Made by a program: the position numbers and the translations under genes. The notes under the pieces were generated by a model. It made no database searches. It was given only the letters and a program-made list of their open reading frames with translations, and was not told where the DNA came from. From Spirochaetia bacterium (GTDB taxonomy: Bacteria; Spirochaetota; Spirochaetia; UBA9216), in contig OY776510.1 of assembly GCA_963675665.1 (NCBI GenBank), positions 2,144,001 to 2,208,000 of the forward strand: 64,000 nucleotides of DNA. The letters run 5' to 3'. Of the stretch, positions 9,903-17,915 are shown piece by piece (positions within the stretch are counted from its first letter, which is position 1; the number at the start of each line of letters is the position of its first letter).

Positions 9903-11411
9903 TTAAATTTTTATCAGATTAATTATTACTGCGCCTTCTGCCGGAAGATAATCCGAAAGCTCAATTATATTTCGATTTCTGTATACAGATAATTTCAATA
10001 ACGGAACTGAATGTTTTATGATAAGTTCTTCCAGTTCCGCCGTCAGACTTTCCGGTTTGTCCAATTCTTCCCACATTTTATATGGATTTCCATGGGTCTT
10101 GTCAATCTGATACCGCTTTTCAAGATAGTCATTTTCGATATTATCAAATACAATTTTTACATTATTTTTTCTGTTTCTATTTTCCGGCGAAACATTTCCG
10201 GCAAACAGAAGTATTATAATTCCGGTTTTGCTCCTGCAGATTATTATTCCATCTTCCTGATGAATAACGGTTTTTGCCGCAGATAAAAGATCGTATACGT
10301 AAAACAATGCTTTTTTTATCCCTGAATGGGTTGAAAGCCCGGAGTCGCTGTTGAAAACAAACGGGCCTTTATCGTCGGTTTGCTTCAGGGCCTTAATTTT
10401 TCCATTAAAAATGCCTTCAAGTATTTGAGGGAAAGATACGACCTCATCATTATTTATGGGCAAGTCAGTTATACCCAGTATCGGCAGTTTGAATTTATGT
10501 CCTGCCGGAAGCTCTTTCATATTCATTCTGATTGTTCTATTTTCGGCGGTTATATATTTCTGTAATTTTAAAATCAGATGTGGTTCATTCGGGTTAAGAG
10601 TTTTAAAACTGGAGATGCCGGCCTCCGGAAACAGTTTTTTATTGTTCAGCAGGTATTCTGCCGGAGTTATCCCGTGCCGGTATTTGAAAGATTTTTCTAA
10701 TGACAGGGAATCGTTGAAACCGCATTCTTCGGCTATCTCGGATATGTTTTTATCTGTGGACAAGATCATCCGTTCTGCTGCAAGGCACCTGATATGATTC
10801 AGATACTCCTCGAAATTCATTCCTGTTACCAGTTTAATAACGGACGAAGTCTGGTTAAAGCTGTAGTCAATATATTCGGAAACATCTCCAAGGGTAAGGG
10901 GCTTTTGATGGTATTTTCGGATGTAGGCGGATAATTTCTGAAAGCTGTCCATCTGTTGAGGATGTATGTCGTGATTACGAAGCAACATATTCGTTAAAAG
11001 AAAAGTATCCCGGCAGTAATTCAGCAATCCCGTTATCTCGGTAGCGGCCTCGTTTCCGGCAGACTTACTGATTGCAGTTTCAGCCATAAGAACTCTCAGG
11101 TGCTTGAACTCCTCTTTGTTCTGCTCTTCGACGGCCGGATTACCAATAAGTTCCCAGTGTGTTATTCCCGGGTATTTATATTCGAGAAGTCTGCAATCGA
11201 ACCTGATGAACAAAACTGTATTATCTTCATCAGTTCTGCTGAAGCTATGAATTTCTTCGGTGTTGATGAGAAGAATGTTACCGGTCCTCATCCTGTAGCG
11301 GTCGCATCCGACATAAGTATCAACAGAACCGTTTAAAACCAGAGCAAATACAAGCATCTCTTCATGCCAGTGGGGTTTATAATAGTTTATCTGTTCAATC
11401 GAAATCATCAC
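9903..11411 (-). CDS. AraC-family regulator (cupin + double HTH) fused to a truncated GH39-like C-terminal domain
   Basis: PHWHEEM cupin; EYLNHIRC...ISEIAEECGF...FKYRHGITPAEY HTH; GIKKALFY and IDKTHGNPYKMWEELDKP resemble the GH39 C-terminus. Start probably GTG 11411 or ATG 11408, just after TATAAT at 11422-11417. Confidence 0.75.
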   Translation of the reverse strand: MMISIEQINYYKPHWHEEMLVFALVLNGSVDTYVGCDRYRMRTGNILLINTEEIHSFSRTDEDNTVLFIRFDCRLLEYKYPGITHWELIGNPAVEEQNKEEFKHLRVLMAETAISKSAGNEAATEITGLLNYCRDTFLLTNMLLRNHDIHPQQMDSFQKLSAYIRKYHQKPLTLGDVSEYIDYSFNQTSSVIKLVTGMNFEEYLNHIRCLAAERMILSTDKNISEIAEECGFNDSLSLEKSFKYRHGITPAEYLLNNKKLFPEAGISSFKTLNPNEPHLILKLQKYITAENRTIRMNMKELPAGHKFKLPILGITDLPINNDEVVSFPQILEGIFNGKIKALKQTDDKGPFVFNSDSGLSTHSGIKKALFYVYDLLSAAKTVIHQEDGIIICRSKTGIIILLFAGNVSPENRNRKNNVKIVFDNIENDYLEKRYQIDKTHGNPYKMWEELDKPESLTAELEELIIKHSVPLLKLSVYRNRNIIELSDYLPAEGAVIINLIKI

Positions 11412-11416
11412 GTGCA

Positions 11417-11447
11417 ATTATAGTCTATTTGAAGCATTATCTTCAAA
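11417..11447 (-). promoter_or_regulatory. Sigma70-type promoter (TTGAAG-18-TATAAT) overlapped by palindrome TTTGAAG-N6-CTTCAAA
   Basis: Read from sequence; palindrome 11428-11447; no SD before the start codon. Confidence 0.5.
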
Positions 11448-11559
11448 CCCGAAAAGCAGATTCCTCAGTAAATTAGTTAAACAGTCATATAAATTGTAAA
11501 ATATATTATAGATTTCTTATAAACTGTGGAGGTTGCAGCAGACGGTTGGGATAAGACGT

Positions 11560-12345
11560 TCAATAGCCGGCTGTCAGCCCGAAATCGATTGAAAGGCAAG
11601 CCCCGGTAATAGCTTCAACTTTAGCCGAAGAGAGGAAAAGTATAGATTGCGCAACTTCTTCAGCTTTTGTAAATCGTCTGTTCGGACGTTCAGGATATAA
11701 GCTTAAAAGTTCCTGCATGTATTCATTCCGGTTTTTCCCGGTTGCGGCAGTGTACTCAGCTGCGGCTTTATCAAGCATCGGAGTATCTACATCGCCGGGG
11801 CATACTGCGTTTACGCGTATTTTCTTCCTCGCCAGTTCAATTGCAAGCGCCTTTGTTAACAGTGTAACGCCGCCTTTTGAGGCGCAGTATACCGAGGCCA
11901 GATCATTGCCGATCAGCCCTGAATCGGAACTGGTATTGACGATACATCCTGATGATTTTTCGAGATAAGGGATGGCAAACCTGCACATGAAGAAGGTCCC
12001 TTTCAGGTTGGTGTCGATAACAGTATTCCATTCGATCTCGGTTACCGATTCCGCAGGACCCTCAAGCCAGATTCCGGCGCAGTTAACAAGAACATCAATT
12101 CCTCCGAGTTCCCCGGCGGCACGGTTTACCAGACTCTCGCAGTCTGCAGGCATTGATACGTCTGCCGGAAATGCCGACAGCCTGTTTTTATCGGATCCGA
12201 GAAAGGCCTCGGCTTCGGAAATACTTTTTCTGCTTTTTCCTGATATGCACACTTCAGCGCCTTCTTTAAGAAAGGCTGCTGCCGCTGCAAGCCCTATCCC
12301 GCTGGTGCCGCCTGTAATTAATATTCTTTTGTCCTGAAATTCCAT
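11560..12345 (-). CDS. SDR family NAD(P)-dependent oxidoreductase
   Basis: ITGGTSGIG, NCAG, YCASKGG, NAVCPGDVDT, ITGACLSIDFG. Confidence 0.92.
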   Translation of the reverse strand: MEFQDKRILITGGTSGIGLAAAAAFLKEGAEVCISGKSRKSISEAEAFLGSDKNRLSAFPADVSMPADCESLVNRAAGELGGIDVLVNCAGIWLEGPAESVTEIEWNTVIDTNLKGTFFMCRFAIPYLEKSSGCIVNTSSDSGLIGNDLASVYCASKGGVTLLTKALAIELARKKIRVNAVCPGDVDTPMLDKAAAEYTAATGKNRNEYMQELLSLYPERPNRRFTKAEEVAQSILFLSSAKVEAITGACLSIDFGLTAGY

Positions 12346-12351
12346 ATATCC

Positions 12352-12380
12352 AGAATAAGGCTGCTTTACGGCTTTTGCAA
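12352..12380 (-). promoter_or_regulatory. Sigma70-type promoter TTGCAA-17-TATTCT, likely leaderless transcript
   Basis: The -10 ends 6 nt before ATG 12345; no SD. Confidence 0.5.
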
Positions 12381-12447
12381 CAAGAATAAGAAGATGATTA
12401 TATTACTAATATTAGATGTTTACTTATCTATAAAAAATTATTTTTTT

Positions 12448-12476
12448 TTGACATAAGTTGCAAATTGGTGTTTAAT
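12448..12476 (+). promoter_or_regulatory. Sigma70-type promoter of cstA (TTGACA-17-TTTAAT)
   Basis: Perfect -35, 17-nt spacer, AT-rich upstream tract. Confidence 0.65.
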
Positions 12477-12508
12477 TAATGCATCAAAAATTTTTGGAGG
12501 AAGTTGCC

Positions 12509-14236
12509 ATGGATGTAATTATTATCATGGTCATATCCTTTGCGGGATATGTTGCGGCTTATCAACTGTATGGGCGGTTTATCGGGAAAAAGATTTTTAA
12601 TCTTTCGAATGATAATACTACCCCTGCAGTTGATATGGAAGATGGAGTTGATTATGTTCCTACAAAGAAGGGAATAATCTTCGGGCATCATTTTACTTCT
12701 ATTGCGGGAACAGGCCCTATAGTCGGTCCGGCAGTCGGTATTATCTGGGGATGGGTCCCGGCTCTTATCTGGGTGCTTGTCGGAAATATCGTAATGGGAG
12801 CTGTACATGACTTTGGAGCCCTTGTCTTGTCTCTCAGAAACCAGGGGAAATCAATCTCAGAGGTCACAGCGAAATATATCAACTCCAGAACACGGACAAT
12901 CTTTTTTATCCTTGTTCTTCTTGAGCTCTGGATTGTTATTGCCATTTTCGGACTGATTATTGCGATTATCTTCAATATGTACCCGCAATCGGTTTTCCCG
13001 GTGTGGTGTGAGATTCCGATTGCAGTAATTCTGGGATATGCTTTGTACAAGAAAGGTGCTAAAGTCGGCGTGTCAACACTGATAGCTGTTGTTATAATGT
13101 ACGTTACTGTTGTGCTGGGGCATTTTATTCCGCTTAAGATGCCGGAAATTGCCGGAATTCCGGCTACGGGGGTCTGGTCGATTATCCTTCTTGTATATGC
13201 TTTTATTGCGTCAACACTTCCGGTAACAACGCTTCTGCAGCCGCGAGACTTTATTAATGCATGGCAGCTGCTGATCGCGATGGCTCTGCTTGTGCTTGGT
13301 GTTTTTGCATCAGCTTTCGGCGGCGCACTTCATCTTGTAGCACCCGCAGTTCAGGCTGTACCCGAGGGTGCACCTCCGATGTGGCCGATGCTGTTTATTA
13401 CAATTGCGTGCGGCGCCATTTCCGGGTTCCACTCGCTTGTAAGTTCCGGAACCTCCGCCAAGCAGGTTCACTACGAAGAAGACGCATTGTTTGTCGGATA
13501 CGGCTCAATGGTTACCGAGGGATTCCTGGCAGTTCTTGCGATAATAGCAGTTGCTGCAGGTATAGGCATTGCCTACAAGGGTCCTGAAGGTCAGCTTCTT
13601 ACAGGAGCCGCTGCATGGACCCATCACTACTCTTCATGGGCTGCTGCAAACGGTCTGGGCTCAAAAGTAGGAGCATTTGTTGAAGGCTCGGCAAACATGG
13701 TGACATTTTTAGGAGTACCCAAAGCGATCGGTATTATAATAATGGGTGTATTCGTAGCTTCTTTTGCCGGAACTACCCTTGATACTGCAACGCGAATTCA
13801 GCGTTATGTTATTCAGGAACTCGGTTCGGACGTCAAAGCAAAGTTTCTTGAAGGTAAATATGCAGCTACAGCAGTAGCGGTAATTTCCGCAGGTATACTT
13901 GCTTTTGCCACAGGCCCTACCGGTATGGGAGCCATGAAGCTTTGGCCATTATTCGGGGCTACCAACCAGACCCTTGCCGGGCTTGCTCTTATTACAATTA
14001 CTCTGTATCTGAAGCAGAAGGGCGGAGCCAAATTTATTATTTCGCTTGTTCCGGCTGTTTTTATGATTGTCATGACTATGTGGGGTCTCATCTATAATGA
14101 AATGAATTTTATTTCACAGGGAAATCCTCTGCTCTATATTGTCAACGCGATTGTAATAATAATTACAGTATGGATGACGATTGAAGGCCTTGCAAAGGGG
14201 TTCTCAAAAAATCAGCTACTTGAAGCAAAAGCTTAA
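12509..14236 (+). CDS. cstA: Carbon starvation protein A family transporter (peptide/pyruvate)
   Basis: TPA..MEDGVDYVPT, FGHHFTSIAGTGPIVGP, GAVHDFGAL, LLQPRDFIN, FITIACGAISGFHSLVSSGT, TTLDTATRIQRY, WPLFGATNQ; SD GGAGG 12496-12500 supports ATG 12509. Confidence 0.95.
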   Translation: MDVIIIMVISFAGYVAAYQLYGRFIGKKIFNLSNDNTTPAVDMEDGVDYVPTKKGIIFGHHFTSIAGTGPIVGPAVGIIWGWVPALIWVLVGNIVMGAVHDFGALVLSLRNQGKSISEVTAKYINSRTRTIFFILVLLELWIVIAIFGLIIAIIFNMYPQSVFPVWCEIPIAVILGYALYKKGAKVGVSTLIAVVIMYVTVVLGHFIPLKMPEIAGIPATGVWSIILLVYAFIASTLPVTTLLQPRDFINAWQLLIAMALLVLGVFASAFGGALHLVAPAVQAVPEGAPPMWPMLFITIACGAISGFHSLVSSGTSAKQVHYEEDALFVGYGSMVTEGFLAVLAIIAVAAGIGIAYKGPEGQLLTGAAAWTHHYSSWAAANGLGSKVGAFVEGSANMVTFLGVPKAIGIIIMGVFVASFAGTTLDTATRIQRYVIQELGSDVKAKFLEGKYAATAVAVISAGILAFATGPTGMGAMKLWPLFGATNQTLAGLALITITLYLKQKGGAKFIISLVPAVFMIVMTMWGLIYNEMNFISQGNPLLYIVNAIVIIITVWMTIEGLAKGFSKNQLLEAKA

Positions 14237-14250
14237 TTCTGTATAATCTT

Positions 14251-14280
14251 AAAAGAGGGGCGAAGCTCTGCCCCTCTTTT
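14251..14280 (+). terminator. Intrinsic terminator-like hairpin after cstA
   Basis: AAAAGAGGGGC-gaagctct-GCCCCTCTTTT. Confidence 0.7.
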
Positions 14281-14304
14281 ATCTTTAGTAGCCGGCAGGT
14301 ATAT

Positions 14305-14757
14305 ATGAATTCAATTCTTGATGAGACCGTATCACGTCTGAAAAAGACATTTGCTGCTTATATTATAATAGCTGCCGTTCTTTTTGTTCTTGATATTATA
14401 ATCCATAAAATATTCCCACCTGTAGAACCCCCGGTGTTAAACCTCAGAACATGGGGTTATTTTATGTTTGTTATCTCACTTTTCGGAGGGATAGGCGCGC
14501 CGATTCTTCTGCGGTTGAATTTTCAGAAAAATGCAGCAAAAACAAAGATTGCGACTTTGGACGGTTACATTCGTCTTCAAAAAATGCTGTTCCTTTCAAT
14601 ATTCATATCTTGTGTTTCTGCTGTCATAGCTTATCTTTTTCCCGTTCAGATTTTTTATTTATACGGCGCCTTTTTTTCAACTCTTTACGGAATATACAGT
14701 GTTATTCCGTATAAAAAGAAGATAGGTGCTGAAATGCGTTTTTACAAACTGATATGA
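14305..14757 (+). CDS. Hypothetical 4-TM membrane protein
   Basis: 150-aa ORF with four hydrophobic segments; stop overlaps next start (ATGA). Confidence 0.7.
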   Translation: MNSILDETVSRLKKTFAAYIIIAAVLFVLDIIIHKIFPPVEPPVLNLRTWGYFMFVISLFGGIGAPILLRLNFQKNAAKTKIATLDGYIRLQKMLFLSIFISCVSAVIAYLFPVQIFYLYGAFFSTLYGIYSVIPYKKKIGAEMRFYKLI

Positions 14758-15047
14758 GATCCGGTTTCATCAGTAAAATAAAATACGGTTTTAATGAACT
14801 CAAAGAAATTATTATTACAGCTAATCGCAGTAAAGCTGTCGGAATGATAGAGTATGAAACCGGAGAGCTCGAAAATATTTTCAGCCTTCTTGTAATGGGC
14901 TCTTTTATCGGCATGCCGTCGCCTCCGGCGCATATAAGCCTGCAGCTGATGCCGCTTATGGAACGTGAAATGAAGATTATGTTTAATAAAGTCGGCACGG
15001 CAAACGATGCCCTTGCCGAGATTATCGAAACGCTGGGAGAACCATGA
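14754..15047 (+). CDS. Small conserved protein of the type found between cstA and ArsA-family ATPase genes
   Basis: EYETGELENIFSLLVMGSFIGMPSPP...LQLMP motif; ATGA overlaps on both sides. Confidence 0.7.
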   Translation: MRSGFISKIKYGFNELKEIIITANRSKAVGMIEYETGELENIFSLLVMGSFIGMPSPPAHISLQLMPLMEREMKIMFNKVGTANDALAEIIETLGEP

Positions 15048-15955
15048 AACTTGTTTTTTTTGCCGGTAAAGGCGGTGTGGGCAAGTCAACAAATTCAGCC
15101 CTGTTTGCATATAGAACCGCATTGTCGGGAAAATCAGTGCTGTTGAATTCAATCGATCCCGCACATAATCTTCATGATATTTTTGAAGTGAAATTGTCGG
15201 CCAAACCGAAGGAACTGTTGCCCGGATTAAGAGTTCTGGAGACGAGCCTGTCAGACTGGGTAAAAAAATATTTAAGGGAAACCGAGAACACCTTTAAATC
15301 AGTTTATAAATATCAGGAAGCTTTCAATCTTCATAAATATTTTAAAACGCTGCGTTATTCGCCGGGACTTGAGGAATATGCCGTATTGCTTGCGATAAAG
15401 GATACTCTCGGCAGGTTTGCTGAAAGTGAGTATATAGTATTCGATACTCCGCCTACGGCACTTACAATGAAGTTTCTCGCCCTGCCGCAGGTCAACCTGT
15501 TATGGCTTCAGGAGTTAAAAAAGTTCAGGCAGATGATCCTTGAAAAAAAAGAGATAATCACAAAGATTAATACAGGGCTAAAGAAGAAAGAACGGCAGAC
15601 TGATCAGATACTTGAAAAACTGGATGAGATGATAACCGATAATTCAGAGCTGAACAGCCTCTTGCAGAATAAAGACATATGTTCGGTAAACCTTGTAATG
15701 AACCCGGACAAACTTTCGCTTGCAGAATCGGAAGATATTATCCTGGAGCTTGAGAATCTGAAGATACCGCTGACAAAGGTTATTATAAACAAGTGTGATG
15801 AACCGACAGCCCTTGAAGACGAATTAAAAAGATATCTGGTTAAAAGCGGTTTCGGTACTGCCTCAATAATAAGCTTATCTACCCAATGCCGGGAGGTTAC
15901 CGGTCTTGATGCTCTTGGTGAAATAGATGTGCCCCAGGGTTATATTGATCAATAG
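15044..15955 (+). CDS. ArsA/Get3(TRC40)-family SIMIBI ATPase, single domain
   Basis: GKGGVGKST, SIDPAHNL, SPGLEE, FDTPPT, VMNPDKLS, IINK. Confidence 0.9.
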   Translation: MKLVFFAGKGGVGKSTNSALFAYRTALSGKSVLLNSIDPAHNLHDIFEVKLSAKPKELLPGLRVLETSLSDWVKKYLRETENTFKSVYKYQEAFNLHKYFKTLRYSPGLEEYAVLLAIKDTLGRFAESEYIVFDTPPTALTMKFLALPQVNLLWLQELKKFRQMILEKKEIITKINTGLKKKERQTDQILEKLDEMITDNSELNSLLQNKDICSVNLVMNPDKLSLAESEDIILELENLKIPLTKVIINKCDEPTALEDELKRYLVKSGFGTASIISLSTQCREVTGLDALGEIDVPQGYIDQ

Positions 15956-15986
15956 GGGAAATATAGATTTTTCCCCTCCCGACTGC

Positions 15987-17849
15987 TCAATTCAGTATTC
16001 GCACTTTTTCGGTATTGCTTAGAAAGTCTGCCAGTTTTTCCGGATTGATAATCGGCAGCTGTTCAAGATGACTGCGCAGGATTTTTACCGAATTAAATCT
16101 TTTCCGGTATACAAAGTTGTACAGCTCCGAATTAAAAAGTTCCATTATCTCCGTTATTGTTGCTGCATGCCCGGTTTCTTTATTTTCCATTTTATCAAAA
16201 TGCGGAATAATGTTGTTTGCACTGTTTAAGGTCAGCATCCCGCTTCGATCGATCGCAAACACAAGCCTGTTTGAGATAAATCTGTAAACAAGCTTTTCAG
16301 TTGAGCGGTACTTCCACTCAGGTGCAACCTGCTGAAATCGTTCCGGATTGAACTGAATAAACTGGCCGGGCAAACTGATTCTGCCGGGCAATATATTGCT
16401 GCCTGTGATTACAGGTTCAAAACCGGGATTTTTTTCTGCAGACAGATATTTTGAATTATCTCCGGTTACAATTCCAAGGGCCCAGTCTGCATTGTCTTTT
16501 AAAGTAAAATGGGGGATTGCATAAAGGCGGTCGATAATTTTTGCATCGTCGGAATTCAGGTTGATGCTGAAGGTGAAATCGTTGTTTACGGAAAAATTTT
16601 TACCGTTATGATTTGACAGCAGATGTTTATTTCCGGCGTTCTTAATGAGTTCGACGGTTACAACCGGGGTATATACGCCTTTAAAAGCCCGCCCGTATCC
16701 GGTAATATCTGTGAGCCTGCAGTTTTTCAATACAAGTCTTCTAATATCATCATGTCGTTTCACATTGGTAATTGCTTCCGGCAGAACAATCGAAACTACT
16801 CCGCCGGGTTTTACAAGGTTCAGGCTTTTATCAATAAAAAATGAAAAACTTTCGCCGCTCTTTATCTCCGGATATCTCTGTTCCAGAATTTGCTTTTTCC
16901 CGTCTGTACAGGCTCCCCATGGGGGATTGGTAATTGCTGCGTCGAAAGGCGTGGACTCGTGAGTGCTTTGTGTCCCGGGAAAATGATCCATAAGCAGACT
17001 GTCTGCGCAGTATATGCGCGGCTCTGCATCAATCCCCGGATGTTGGAGAATTATATTTGTTCCGGCTGTAAATACTGCAATGGCATCGATGTCTGTGCCA
17101 AAAGCGTTTTCGGGGCTGCCGCCGGCTTTTATAAACGAAAGAAGGAACTGTCCTGTGCCGCAGCAGGGATCGATAATTCTGATATCCGCCGGAGGGCTTC
17201 CCGTCGGCGCCAATTGCCTGAGGGCGGAACTGACCATGGCGTCGGCTATTTCGGGCGGAGTATAAAACGAACCGGAAACTGACCTGTCTCCGCGTTGCCG
17301 CAAAGCCTGATATATAATTCCGGCAATATCAAGCTCAGCCGGGGACGCCGAAGGAAGTTTGAGCGACATTATGTTTGTGAACGGGTCAAGCAGTTTGTCG
17401 GTTCCGGATGACGGCATAAAGTTTTTTAAATGAGTAGTAATAACCGAAGAGCTGTAATCTTCGGTTCTGAACTGAAGCAGCCGGGCAAGATTACAGGAGT
17501 TTTCGGAGGAATAGCTAATAAGCCCGGCTTCGATAAACAGTCTGAGAGAAAGAAGAAACATCAGGTCGGCTGTCTCCATTTCTATTTTAAGCAGAGATTC
17601 ACATGCCTTTTTAAGTATTCCGTTCGGGAGAATTGAACCGACGCAATGTTTTTTATTGGCACGACGGTTCAGCCTGTTAATTTCGCCTTTTTTTATCCTG
17701 CCGAGTAAAGATTCAACTTCCCTGCGTGCATAGGTACGCGAACCGCCCGAATTCAAAAGGCCGTGTTTCTCCCAGTTTGCTACACTGGCGGTTGAGATCC
17801 CAAGCAGTTCTGCAGTTTCGGTGAGTGTCAGTACTTCTCTATTATTCAT
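15987..17849 (-). CDS. Orphan N6-adenine DNA methyltransferase (gamma order, TaqI-like C-terminal specificity domain) with N-terminal HTH
   Basis: GSFYTP, DPCCGTGQF (motif I), TNPPW (motif IV), VLPEA, ALGIVTGDN; N-terminal LTLTETAELLGISTASVANWEKHG helix-turn-helix. Confidence 0.85.
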   Translation of the reverse strand: MNNREVLTLTETAELLGISTASVANWEKHGLLNSGGSRTYARREVESLLGRIKKGEINRLNRRANKKHCVGSILPNGILKKACESLLKIEMETADLMFLLSLRLFIEAGLISYSSENSCNLARLLQFRTEDYSSSVITTHLKNFMPSSGTDKLLDPFTNIMSLKLPSASPAELDIAGIIYQALRQRGDRSVSGSFYTPPEIADAMVSSALRQLAPTGSPPADIRIIDPCCGTGQFLLSFIKAGGSPENAFGTDIDAIAVFTAGTNIILQHPGIDAEPRIYCADSLLMDHFPGTQSTHESTPFDAAITNPPWGACTDGKKQILEQRYPEIKSGESFSFFIDKSLNLVKPGGVVSIVLPEAITNVKRHDDIRRLVLKNCRLTDITGYGRAFKGVYTPVVTVELIKNAGNKHLLSNHNGKNFSVNNDFTFSINLNSDDAKIIDRLYAIPHFTLKDNADWALGIVTGDNSKYLSAEKNPGFEPVITGSNILPGRISLPGQFIQFNPERFQQVAPEWKYRSTEKLVYRFISNRLVFAIDRSGMLTLNSANNIIPHFDKMENKETGHAATITEIMELFNSELYNFVYRKRFNSVKILRSHLEQLPIINPEKLADFLSNTEKVRILN

Positions 17850-17915
17850 AACTGATTCAGGATTTTAGCATGTATGAGAATATTAGAACAGAAGAAGGCC
17901 AGTCACCGGTTTGCA

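Noticed and set aside
15044-15955. Arsenic-resistance operon
   Set aside because: Single NBD, no arsB/acr3/arsC/arsD/arsR in the window, and the context is cstA.
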